A stretch of 53,550 nucleotides of DNA, from NCBI GenBank assembly GCA_964385235.1, contig CAYLOD010000001.1, positions 12,320-65,869 of the forward strand, read 5' to 3'. The stretch's first letter is position 1, and each line of letters starts with the position of its first letter. Position numbers and translations under genes: made by a program. The notes below the pieces were generated by a model. That model had not been told where the DNA came from, made no database searches, and saw only the letters and a list, made by a program, of their open reading frames with translations. This document shows positions 20,176-29,585 of the stretch, piece by piece. The DNA is from an uncultured Clostridium sp. (GTDB taxonomy: Bacteria; Bacillota; Clostridia; Oscillospirales; Acutalibacteraceae).

Positions 20176-20802
20176 ATGGCAGTTCAGGCTGTACCTACAA
20201 AAGGAAATCTTATGGCGACGAAAAAGTCACTCGCCCTTGCCAAAAACGGCTTTGAGCTTCTTGACAGAAAGCGCAATATTCTCGTGCGCGAAATGATGAC
20301 GCTGATAGATAAAGCCACAGAGATCCAAGACAAAATCGACATAACCTATAATAAAGCATATAATGCCCTGCAGTTCGCCAATATCACCCTCGGTTTTTGT
20401 GATGAAATTTCAAAGACCGTGCCCGAGGAAACAAGCCTGAAGCTTTTTTACCGCAGCGTTATGGGTGTTGAGATCCCTATCGTCACCATAGATGACGCTG
20501 ATGATGTAAAGCTGTACTTCAGCATCTACTCAACTAATGCCGCTCTCGACGAAGCGTATCTTCAATTTCATGAGGTTAAAAAGCTGACGGCGGTTCTCGC
20601 GGAGGTCGAAAACAGCGTTTATCGCCTTGCTGACGCTATAAAAAAGACTCAGAAGCGCGCAAACGCTCTCAAAAATGTCATGATACCCAAGTTTGAGGAA
20701 ACGGTCAAGTTTATATCCGAAGCTCTTGAGGAAAAGGACAGAGAGGAATTTTCACGGCTCAAAGTCATTAAAAATCAAAAAACATCTAAAAATTCTGAAT
20801 AA
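20176..20802 (+). CDS. ntpD: V/A-type ATPase subunit D
   Basis: PTKGNL, LLDRKR, KKTQKRANAL, REEFSRLK. Confidence 0.95.
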   Translation: MAVQAVPTKGNLMATKKSLALAKNGFELLDRKRNILVREMMTLIDKATEIQDKIDITYNKAYNALQFANITLGFCDEISKTVPEETSLKLFYRSVMGVEIPIVTIDDADDVKLYFSIYSTNAALDEAYLQFHEVKKLTAVLAEVENSVYRLADAIKKTQKRANALKNVMIPKFEETVKFISEALEEKDREEFSRLKVIKNQKTSKNSE

Positions 20803-20832
20803 TTTTTATAATTATACAATATGCTTATTACT

Positions 20833-20863
20833 AAACGGTATGGCTTTTGCTGTGCCGTTTTTT
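20833..20863 (+). terminator. Intrinsic terminator of the ATPase operon
   Basis: AAACGGTATGGC/GCTGTGCCGTTT stem followed by a T-run. Confidence 0.75.
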
Positions 20864-21218
20864 ATAATTTATAATATTCGGTATTCATACTAAAATTTAT
20901 TACATCTGTTGCCTATTCCAAACCCTTATTGTATTATTATTTTATCAATTACCTTGTATTGTAGGGCTTGTTAAGTGAAAATATCTTTTATTTTGTTGTT
21001 TTTGTCAATTAAATTATTTTTCTTTTTTCCTCAAGCGCGGGTAAGCGCGGATACTTCGGAAGTTTATACATAAAGACGGATTCTGCCAGGCGTTTTCGGA
21101 TACGCAGGCAATTATAATGCAGGTTTTTATTATGACCGGTCAAGTCCCTTATAAAACAATAACATATGGATAATAATTTAAGATAATGATAAAATCAGTT
21201 AAATCTCAGGAGAATAAT

Positions 21219-21800
21219 ATAAAAATCAAAGCATTTTTGTTTTAATTTCTCATATGCTCATTATTATGCGGCGGCTCAAGCTCAGACGTCTTTGTACCGG
21301 TGGTAGCTGTAGCGGCACTGCTTACTGTGATAATATATGAATATTCGGAACACAAGAGAGAATTTCCGAAAGACGACAATACCGCCGCGCACCGCAAGAT
21401 TCAGGCGATGTCAAGGAACCGTGAGCGCGAACCGGGCTTTGAATACTTAACGGTGTATTTGACGTCCATACACACGCATTATGTGCTTGACGCGAGAAGG
21501 CAGTCAAACATTTCTATCGAAGGCAGCGCTGCCGAAGATATTAAGGCAACATATCAGCTCAAATTCCCGCGGCGCTTTAAGCTCGATCAAAAAACAAATA
21601 TTAAAAACAGCGTTCAAACGATTATATGTCCGAACTGCTGCGGCGGGGTAACAGCTCTAAACGCGGGACGGTGCGGATACTGCGAAAGCGTTATACGCGC
21701 GAGTGAGTTTTCATGGGTGCTGTCCGATATTGGCGAGTATCTGATAAACACATCGCTTGCAGACAACCGCGGTGTTATCATACGCAACAACAGATTTTAA
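21219..21800 (+). pseudogene. Decayed membrane-anchored protein with C-terminal zinc ribbon (resembles Tim44-like/zinc-ribbon proteins)
   Basis: AGGAG RBS then in-frame ATA (21219) and TAA (21243) upstream of ORF 21300..21800; CPNCCG...CGYC and WVLSDI at the end. Confidence 0.55.
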
Positions 21801-21811
21801 ATAAATACAGC

Positions 21812-21855
21812 AAAAAGCCGTGCGGTTTTAAGACATAAAACCGCACGGCTTCTTT
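21812..21855. terminator. Bidirectional intrinsic terminator
   Basis: Perfect 16-bp inverted repeat AAGCCGTGCGGTTTTA/TAAAACCGCACGGCTT between convergent genes. Confidence 0.85.
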
Positions 21856-21867
21856 CGGTTAAATAAA

Positions 21868-22044
21868 TTATACAAAGCGATTATGAACAGCGTCGTATTT
21901 ATAATCTATTGACGCGAGTTTGCTTTTGATTTCCTCCGTATCCACACCGAGAGATTTTCCCAGCTCCTCAAGTGACGGGTAGAAATCCCTAAGCTGAGTA
22001 TTTATATACGACAAAAGTATCACAGGGTCATTGGGAACAGACAT
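21868..22044 (-). CDS. DUF4250 family protein
   Basis: PNDPVILLSYINTQLRDFYPSLEEL...YKYD...NRF; AAGGGGAG RBS. Confidence 0.85.
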   Translation of the reverse strand: MSVPNDPVILLSYINTQLRDFYPSLEELGKSLGVDTEEIKSKLASIDYKYDAVHNRFV

Positions 22045-22168
22045 ACATATTCTCCCCTTTAATTTTTTATTATTATACTTCCTGTAAGCGCGCAGGTCAA
22101 TACAGCTATTAAACGAAAATCTTGAAATAATATCCGAATAATGATAGAATTTTAACGGAGTGAGGGTT

Positions 22169-23434
22169 ATGGTAAAAGATATTATAGAGCATAAGGTCAA
22201 GTCCGCGTTTAACTACATAAAAACGTTTGTCAAATGGGTGATTATCGCTTCATTTACCGGCGTGCTCGGAGGACTGATAGGCTCGCTGTTCAGTACGCTG
22301 ATACAGTACGCGAACGAGGCGAACAATTCGATTTTTTGGCTGATTTTTCTCCTGCCTGTCGGCGGCGTTATAATTGCGGCAATGTATAAGCTTTGCCGCC
22401 TTGAAAACGATCCGGGGACTAACTGCGTTATAGAGGCTATCCGAAATAAGCAGGACGTCCCGTGGATGTTATCTCCGCTGATTTTTTTCAGCACAATAAT
22501 AACTCATTTCCTCGGAGGCTCGGCGGGACGTGAGGGAGCGGCGCTTCAGCTCGGGGGCAGCCTTGGCTCTGTAATCGGGCGGCTTTTGCACCTTGATGAA
22601 AAGGATATGCACATATCGGTGCTGTGCGGAATGAGCGCCCTTTTTTCGGCGCTGTTCTGTACTCCCGTCACGGCGGCGATTTTCGCACTTGAGGTAATAA
22701 GCGTAGGCATAACGTACTATTCCGCCCTTGTCCCCTGCTTCGTATCGGCTGTCGTGGCATATGCTATTTCTATCGGATTGGGAATATCTCCCCTTCATTT
22801 CAATATTTTAAAGCATATACCGGCAATAGGCTTTATCCCGTTGGTTCAAACGGTAGGGCTTGCGGCCGTTGCCGCGCTTGTAAGCATAATATTCTGTATA
22901 ATAATGCAGCAGTCACACAAGCTTGCAAAAAAATATATCAAAAACGAATATTTAAGGCCGGTCATCGGCGGACTCGCCGTTATTGCACTTACGTTTATCG
23001 TAGGGTGCCGCGACTATAACGGCGCGGGCTCCGCAATAATAAACAACGCGCTGTCGGGAAACGCGAAGCCTGAGGCGTTTTTTCTTAAGATGCTTTTCAC
23101 GGCGCTGACTATCGGTTTCGGCTTTAAGGGCGGCGAAATAGTCCCGACGCTGTTTATCGGTTCAACCTTTGGCTGTGTATTTGCCCCGCTGCTCGGCATT
23201 GACCCGATTTTCGGAGCGGCTATGGGTATGATATGTTTGTTCTGCGGAGTAACAAACTGCCCCATCGCGTCAATTTTTTTGAGCGTCGAGATTTTCGGCT
23301 CAGAGGGAATTATTTTCTTCACCTTCGGATGCGCCGTCAGCTATATGCTGAGCGGATATTACGGCTTATACAGCAGTCAAAAAATAGTCTACTCAAAACT
23401 GAAAGCCGAATTCATCAATATAAACGCAAAATAA
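22169..23434 (+). CDS. ClC-family anion channel/transporter
   Basis: GGSAGREGAA, GFKGGEIVP, TNCPIAS, GLYSSQK; multiple TM helices. Confidence 0.9.
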   Translation: MVKDIIEHKVKSAFNYIKTFVKWVIIASFTGVLGGLIGSLFSTLIQYANEANNSIFWLIFLLPVGGVIIAAMYKLCRLENDPGTNCVIEAIRNKQDVPWMLSPLIFFSTIITHFLGGSAGREGAALQLGGSLGSVIGRLLHLDEKDMHISVLCGMSALFSALFCTPVTAAIFALEVISVGITYYSALVPCFVSAVVAYAISIGLGISPLHFNILKHIPAIGFIPLVQTVGLAAVAALVSIIFCIIMQQSHKLAKKYIKNEYLRPVIGGLAVIALTFIVGCRDYNGAGSAIINNALSGNAKPEAFFLKMLFTALTIGFGFKGGEIVPTLFIGSTFGCVFAPLLGIDPIFGAAMGMICLFCGVTNCPIASIFLSVEIFGSEGIIFFTFGCAVSYMLSGYYGLYSSQKIVYSKLKAEFININAK

Positions 23435-23504
23435 TATCCTCAATATAAATTTAATCAATTTTCCCGTCGGCACGCATATACTATCAAGAGGGAGGATTGA
23501 TATT

Positions 23505-25340
23505 ATGTGCGGAATCGCGGGATGGTATGACAATAAGCTGAATTTTGCCGATCAAGAACAGACAATAAGCGGTATGAGCGGATCTATGGAACATCGGGGT
23601 CCTGATGAGCATGGAATCGTTATTAAGGACCGCGTATGTCTGATACACAGACGTCTGAGCGTTATTGATATAGAGAGCGGCAAACAGCCCATGACAAAGT
23701 CCGTTCAGGGCAGGATATGCACTATTGTCTACAACGGCGAGCTTTACAATACGCCTGAGCTTATAACGGAACTTCGCGCAAAGGGCTATACTTTTTTCGG
23801 TCACAGTGACACAGAGGTCGTACTGACGTCGTATCTCTGCTGGGGTACACAGTGCGTAGAAAGGTTCAACGGAATATTCGCCTTCGCTATATGGGACGAC
23901 GACGAGCAGCGGCTTTTCATGGCTCGCGACCGCATCGGAGTCAAGCCCTTCTTCTATTACGAGTATGACAACGGCTTGATATTCGCCTCTGAGGTAAAAA
24001 CTTTGCTTAAAAATCCTATCGTCAAGCCCGTAATAAATGAACAGGGCTTGTATGAGATTTTCTTATTAGGTCCCGCACGAACCCCGGGGTTTGGCATAAT
24101 AAAGGGCGTAAAGGAATTACTGCCCGGTGAATGCGCGACATATAACGGCAAAACCATGAAAAAGAGAAAATACTTTACTCTGCGGGCTTATGAGCATAAG
24201 GAAAATCAGGAGGAAACTGTTGAACACGTTCGGGAACTCTTGACGGACGCTATCGAGCGTCAGCTTGTATCTGATGTTCCTCTATGCACCTTTCTTTCCG
24301 GCGGACTTGACTCGAGCATAATATCATATGTCGCGTCAAACTATTATAAGAAAAACGGGCTTCCTCAACTGACGACATATTCAGTTGACTACGAGGACAA
24401 CGATAAGTATTTCCAAAAAAGCCTGTTCCAGCCGACCCCCGACAGCGATTTTATTGACTTGATTTCGAGCGCGATAGGCTCTAACCATAAAAATATTGTC
24501 CTGAGCAATACGGATTTATTTAACGCGCTATACGATGCGGTAAAGGCAAGGGACTTTCCGGGAATGACTGACGTCGATTCATCTCTGCTGCTTTTCTGCC
24601 AAAAGGTCAAAGAGGATTTCACGGTCGTTCTGTCGGGAGAGTGCGCCGACGAAATATTCGGCGGTTATCCGTGGTACCATAGGGAGGATATTCTGTTTGA
24701 GGATACTTTCCCGTGGTCACGTTCTCTTGATATAAGGCATTCCATTCTACGCAAGGGTTTATTGAAAAACGGCGACGAATATGTTCATGAAAGGTATAAA
24801 GCGACCTGCAAAAAAGCCGATAAACTACCCGGCGAAAGCAGGCTTGACAGCCGAATGAGGGAAATGTTTGTACTGAATCTCGACTGGTTTATGCAGACAC
24901 TGCTTGACAGAAAGGACAGAATGTCCATGTATTCCGGTCTTGAGGTCAGAGTTCCTTTCTGCGACTATCGTATCGTGGAATACGCTTATAATATGCCGTG
25001 GAAACTTAAAAGCCTAAACGGACGGGAAAAGGGCATTGTCCGCAAAGCGTTCGAGGGTCTGCTTCCCGACGAAATAATATGGCGCAAGAAAAGCCCTTAC
25101 CCTAAAACACATAATCCGCTGTACTTCAATCTTGCCGCTAAAGCCGTTCGTGATATATTGAATGACAAAAGCTCTCCCCTGTCCGACATTCTCGACAGAA
25201 ACGGCATAGAGAACATTATAGACGATCCCGAAAGCATATCGTCGCCGTGGTACGGTCAGCTCATGCGCGCCCCGCAGATTCTAAGCTACATTGTTCAGTG
25301 CGACTTCTGGATGAGAGAATACAATATTTCAACAGAGTGA
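23505..25340 (+). CDS. asnB: Asparagine synthase (glutamine-hydrolysing), AsnO-like
   Basis: MCGIAG, HRGPD, YNGELYN, FLSGGLDSS, SGECADEIFGGY, EVRVPF. Confidence 0.92.
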   Translation: MCGIAGWYDNKLNFADQEQTISGMSGSMEHRGPDEHGIVIKDRVCLIHRRLSVIDIESGKQPMTKSVQGRICTIVYNGELYNTPELITELRAKGYTFFGHSDTEVVLTSYLCWGTQCVERFNGIFAFAIWDDDEQRLFMARDRIGVKPFFYYEYDNGLIFASEVKTLLKNPIVKPVINEQGLYEIFLLGPARTPGFGIIKGVKELLPGECATYNGKTMKKRKYFTLRAYEHKENQEETVEHVRELLTDAIERQLVSDVPLCTFLSGGLDSSIISYVASNYYKKNGLPQLTTYSVDYEDNDKYFQKSLFQPTPDSDFIDLISSAIGSNHKNIVLSNTDLFNALYDAVKARDFPGMTDVDSSLLLFCQKVKEDFTVVLSGECADEIFGGYPWYHREDILFEDTFPWSRSLDIRHSILRKGLLKNGDEYVHERYKATCKKADKLPGESRLDSRMREMFVLNLDWFMQTLLDRKDRMSMYSGLEVRVPFCDYRIVEYAYNMPWKLKSLNGREKGIVRKAFEGLLPDEIIWRKKSPYPKTHNPLYFNLAAKAVRDILNDKSSPLSDILDRNGIENIIDDPESISSPWYGQLMRAPQILSYIVQCDFWMREYNISTE

Positions 25341-25423
25341 CATTCTCCCCATATAAAGTGGCAGGGGTATTTTGCAGAATCAGAATAAAACCGATATATA
25401 ATGACGGGGCAAGCTCCTTATTG

Positions 25424-25475
25424 AAAAGCCCGGCAGTCTTTCTCGAACAAAGACAGACTGCCGGGCTTATTTTTT
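25424..25475. terminator. Bidirectional intrinsic terminator
   Basis: AAGCCCGGCAGTCT/AGACTGCCGGGCTT inverted repeat with A/T flanks between convergent genes. Confidence 0.85.
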
Positions 25476-25480
25476 GTGAT

Positions 25481-25951
25481 TTAATTTAATAAATATATTG
25501 CAAGGTTTAAGTATCCCGCAAATGTTACCCACAGCAGGTACGGAATCATCAGGTATCCTGCGGGCTTTGAAATAATGTAAAAAAGAACCGTCGTTATCAG
25601 TATCAGCAGCCACAGTATTACAAGCCATACAAATGAAAACAGGTAAAGCCCAAGATTAAAAAACAGTATCGGCCACAAAAAGTTAAAGGCAAGCTGAATA
25701 CCGTATACAGTCAGCGCGGCGCGGTTCATCTTTCCCGATGTCAGCACCAGATATGACGCGATGCCCATGAGGATATAAAGTATAGTCCACACTATCGGAA
25801 AAAGCCAGCCCGGCGGCGAGAGCGGCGGCTTGTTTACAGAGACAAATGTTTCCATGCTGCCGCGGGTCAAAAGCGCGGAAACACCGCCTGTGATAAGAGG
25901 TATAGCGATACAGGTCAGCAGTTTCTTCCATTGTATCTTCAATAAAATCAT
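25481..25951 (-). CDS. TspO/MBR family membrane protein
   Basis: KPPLSPPGWLFPIVWTILY, NFLWPILFF, PYLLWVTFA; start at 25951 or TTG 25942. Confidence 0.9.
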   Translation of the reverse strand: MILLKIQWKKLLTCIAIPLITGGVSALLTRGSMETFVSVNKPPLSPPGWLFPIVWTILYILMGIASYLVLTSGKMNRAALTVYGIQLAFNFLWPILFFNLGLYLFSFVWLVILWLLILITTVLFYIISKPAGYLMIPYLLWVTFAGYLNLAIYLLN

Positions 25952-26103
25952 CTCCCTAAGCTCATGTTTATGAAGCACAGAATATTTTTATTCTATACAT
26001 ACAGCATTAGGATACAGGGAGATTATCCGGTGGTATAATTATTCGATATATTAGATTTTATATCTATAACTTAAACAAGTGCTTGTTCTCCGTCAAGCCT
26101 TAT

Positions 26104-26607
26104 TCATTGTGCCGCTTTTTCCAACGCGAAAATATCATTCAGCATTTTTATGCCCGTTTTGGTTTTAAACAGCTTATCGCGAGCCTTTTTAATCGATTCC
26201 TCAGACAGATTATCCTCATAAGCGTTTACAAGGAAATCAGCTTCGATAAGGATCTGATAATCTGCTCCGTCAACCATATTATATGTATGATGGTGTCCTA
26301 CAAGATAGCAAACGCGTTCAATAACATTATCATCGAACGCAAGTGAGGAAAGCAGCTTTTTTGCCTCATCGGGACCTAACAATTCCTGATATTTCCCAGC
26401 TGATGTACCGTACAGTTCCTCTGACTTTTTTATTCCTATGTCATGTACGACAGCGGCGGTTTCAAGTATTTTTTGTTCGGTTTCCGTCAATAGCTCACAT
26501 TCTCCTATGGCTTTTGAAAAGGCGTAAACCTTTAAGAAATGCCCTGTACGCCGCGGATCGCCTCTATAGTATTCCGTCATAGCTGTAATAACTCTTGAAA
26601 TGTTCAT
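26104..26607 (-). CDS. HD-domain phosphohydrolase
   Basis: HFLKV, AVVHDIG, GHHH, EAD. Confidence 0.88.
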   Translation of the reverse strand: MNISRVITAMTEYYRGDPRRTGHFLKVYAFSKAIGECELLTETEQKILETAAVVHDIGIKKSEELYGTSAGKYQELLGPDEAKKLLSSLAFDDNVIERVCYLVGHHHTYNMVDGADYQILIEADFLVNAYEDNLSEESIKKARDKLFKTKTGIKMLNDIFALEKAAQ

Positions 26608-26611
26608 TCTG

Positions 26612-27535
26612 TCACCCGCTTTTTAAATTTACAAAAACGATGCCCGCCGCCACTAAAAGAACAGATATTATATTTACAGGCGAGAAAATCTCCTCGCCCA
26701 GTATAATGCCCGAAGTTATCGTCCCGAATACGGGTATCATGAGCAAAAACGTGCTTATGACACTGACGTCATTATATTTGAGCAGGGCTGTCCAAATCGC
26801 AAACGATACGCTTGATATAAGCGCGAGGTAGCCCATAATGAGAAAGCACTCATATGATGAAAATACCACACTGCCCGAAAACGCAAGCCCGCACAGGATT
26901 AAAACAGCGCCGCCGACAGTTAACTGTACCGAGGAAACGAAAACAGGGTCGCTGACGGCGGACAGCTTTTTAGCAAATATATTGCCCAACGCTCCGCATA
27001 AATTCGACAGTATAAGAAAGCCGTCGCCCGGTAAAGTAAAATTGCCGAATGTTCCGCTCTCACCGGCATTTATCAGCAATATCCCGCAGAAGCCTGTCGC
27101 GCAGCCAAAGAGCTTTTTAGCGGTTATTCTGTCACCCTTAAAAAACAAGGGCGCAAGCAGCACACCCAAAAACGCGGCAAATGAAGAATATACCGAGGAC
27201 TTAGTCCCTGTGACAAAAACAAGCGCGATATAGAGAAATATATATTGCAACGCGGTCTGTACTATCCCGAGTAACGACATACGCAACAGTTCTCCGCCCT
27301 TTGGAACGATCGGCTTTTTCTTAATTATAACCAGCGCGATATAGACGAAAATCCCCGCCGCGAAAAATCTTATCCCCGCGAAAACAAGCATAGACGGAAT
27401 GTCATTATCTTGAATCGAAAAAATTTTGTACCCCTGCTTTATCGCGGCGAACGCCGTTCCCCACAGAGCCGTACAAAGCAGCGCGAGAACAGTAACAATA
27501 AATTTATTTTTAAACAAGCGTTTACTGCTGATCAT
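26612..27535 (-). CDS. DMT/EamA family transporter
   Basis: About 10 TM segments, LWGTAF, RFFAAG, two EamA halves; start set at ATG 27535. Confidence 0.88.
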   Translation of the reverse strand: MISSKRLFKNKFIVTVLALLCTALWGTAFAAIKQGYKIFSIQDNDIPSMLVFAGIRFFAAGIFVYIALVIIKKKPIVPKGGELLRMSLLGIVQTALQYIFLYIALVFVTGTKSSVYSSFAAFLGVLLAPLFFKGDRITAKKLFGCATGFCGILLINAGESGTFGNFTLPGDGFLILSNLCGALGNIFAKKLSAVSDPVFVSSVQLTVGGAVLILCGLAFSGSVVFSSYECFLIMGYLALISSVSFAIWTALLKYNDVSVISTFLLMIPVFGTITSGIILGEEIFSPVNIISVLLVAAGIVFVNLKSG

Positions 27536-28100
27536 TATCCGCTCCGAGCTTTTCCAATAAATCCGTGTATATTTCAAGCTCCCCCCGCAGCTTTGCGGCC
27601 TTTTCACGCTCATTAAAAAGCTCCGCTTTCATTATCATTTCATTATACAGACGCGTAAGCATTCTCAGCAGAAACTCATCGCCCTCAAATCCGTCAATAT
27701 TGCTTTTTAAAATTTCAAAGGCTTTTTCAAACTCGCCGTACTCCTCAAACGCCGATACATAGAGCCTCAGCGAATTTCCCGTAAAATCGCCGGAGCTTAC
27801 GCTGTCGAGAAGCTCCCGCCCCTCTCTGCGTCTGCCCTGTCTGCTTAACAGCATTGAACGGAGTATATCAATTTCCTTTCCGCACTCTGCGGCGTCCGTG
27901 TCAAGGATATGCTTTTCAGCGCGTTCAACGTCGCCGATCCTTATTAAAAACTCAATGCAGAGCAGCCTTACTTCGTTTTCATAACTTATAAAAGCTGACG
28001 CATCGTTTAAATAGATTTCGAGATATTTCGGATTTTTTCGTGTTTCAACAGCCGTAAACAGCTTTTTCTTAACAAAGTCTAATGTTTCCCTGTTATCCAT
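27522..28100 (-). CDS. Helical-repeat (TPR-like) hypothetical protein
   Basis: GDVERAE, GEFEKAFE TPR-like turns; AAGAGGG RBS. Confidence 0.55.
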   Translation of the reverse strand: MDNRETLDFVKKKLFTAVETRKNPKYLEIYLNDASAFISYENEVRLLCIEFLIRIGDVERAEKHILDTDAAECGKEIDILRSMLLSRQGRRREGRELLDSVSSGDFTGNSLRLYVSAFEEYGEFEKAFEILKSNIDGFEGDEFLLRMLTRLYNEMIMKAELFNEREKAAKLRGELEIYTDLLEKLGADNDQQ

Positions 28101-28126
28101 CGGACGTACCCTCTTTTCAAATAATC

Positions 28127-29545
28127 CTACTGTTTTTTAAAAGGTACAAAATCGCCTTTATCGTTCCTGACAAAGAACGAGCCTGCGGGAGAGCCGAGCA
28201 GCGGAATAATCTCCTCGTCATAGTTGCATATTGTATTTAAATGATATATTCCCGACATATCTGTATTGCTCATGTATTCCTCAGTTTCGTCCCCCGCCAT
28301 GAACCGCCAGCCGCTGTCCTGCTCATCGAGAGGCTTCTCACGATACATAAAGCCCACCTTAGCGCCGTCCACAATGATTCTGTCGGTCGCGAAGCACCCT
28401 GCCGCGCCGTCACAGATAATAAGCCTTTTCATTGTCGATTTCGGTATCTTATATTTTTTACGGCTTTTTACGCAAAAATTTTTACGGTTAATGTCAAGAA
28501 CAGGATCTATCCCGCCCATAAGCTCAAACAGCGCTTCCGCTCCGTGTTCGATCTTATAGTTTATTTCCTCCTCATACAATGGAATTATCTGATAGAAATT
28601 GATCCTTTCGCCGTTTGGCAGCTCGCAGACGTCCTCCTCATCGAGCAGCGGAGAATCCGCAAGTATCACTCCCGAAAGCAGCGTATTATCAAAGTACGGC
28701 TTTCCGTTAGTAACGGTATGTCCCGACGCAAGCCATGAGTCATCGTTTATAGGCAGATTAGCAAGCAATTTCATCAGCTTCAGCGGCCATGACCATTTTT
28801 CACTCGCGCTTTTGACGTGCCAGCCCGGTGGCAGACAAAGTATCAGTTCGGCTCTCTCAAGGTCTTTATCCTGAAACTGCTCGGGGACTTTCATTTTATG
28901 CGCGCCCATACCGCAAGTAACCAGTATATAGTATTCCCTATCGTCATCAGGCGGAATCAGCAAAATGTCACAGGCAATATCGGTTGCTGAAACATCGTGC
29001 AAAACATTGTTGTATTCACCGAGCCTGCTTCCCAAAAAAAGCTCTATACAGCTTATCTCTTCGTCCGTATAGCTTTCCTTGATAGTGTCTTGAGAGTTAA
29101 AATATGAGTTATACAGCCTTTTGTCGAGTTTTTCAAGTCTTTGCGAATATTCCTCAAACAAATCCTCACGGTCGTTCTCACTCGTACAAAAGCAGAGGAA
29201 CAGCAGAGTTTCCACGTCAAACGGCGCAAGCTCGAGCGACTTCTCAAAAGCCTCGACTGCCTCATCATAATTGCCGTTATAATAACGGGCATACCCTACG
29301 CTGAAAAAATACTCGGGGTCGCCGACACCCTCATCAGCGACTGAATCTAAAACCTCGAGCGCTTCCTCGTATCTCTCCATATTCACATACGCGCCTGACA
29401 GGATCATATTCAACTCATATCCCCTCTGATCGGAGGAGATTTCGGTCAACGCTTCAATAATTTTTTCAAATTCTTCGTTTTTGTTCCAGACTTCTATTTG
29501 TCTTAAAAATTTATTGTATTGAAAGTCGTCCAAGGATATAATCAT
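28127..29545 (-). CDS. TPR + SUFU + DUF2185 multidomain immunity-like protein
   Basis: N-terminal TPRs; LVTCGMG...RAEL...WP...GHTV (SUFU); VGFMYRE...DSGWRF.AGDE...LNTICNYD (DUF2185). Confidence 0.78.
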   Translation of the reverse strand: MIISLDDFQYNKFLRQIEVWNKNEEFEKIIEALTEISSDQRGYELNMILSGAYVNMERYEEALEVLDSVADEGVGDPEYFFSVGYARYYNGNYDEAVEAFEKSLELAPFDVETLLFLCFCTSENDREDLFEEYSQRLEKLDKRLYNSYFNSQDTIKESYTDEEISCIELFLGSRLGEYNNVLHDVSATDIACDILLIPPDDDREYYILVTCGMGAHKMKVPEQFQDKDLERAELILCLPPGWHVKSASEKWSWPLKLMKLLANLPINDDSWLASGHTVTNGKPYFDNTLLSGVILADSPLLDEEDVCELPNGERINFYQIIPLYEEEINYKIEHGAEALFELMGGIDPVLDINRKNFCVKSRKKYKIPKSTMKRLIICDGAAGCFATDRIIVDGAKVGFMYREKPLDEQDSGWRFMAGDETEEYMSNTDMSGIYHLNTICNYDEEIIPLLGSPAGSFFVRNDKGDFVPFKKQ

Positions 29546-29585
29546 TCCTTTCCTCAATAAAGCTGTGCAGTATATAAGGCATTGT

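Noticed and set aside
22045-22168. Fluoride riboswitch upstream of the ClC gene
   Set aside because: No GGCGATG...TAATGA-type core seen; the region is short and AT-rich
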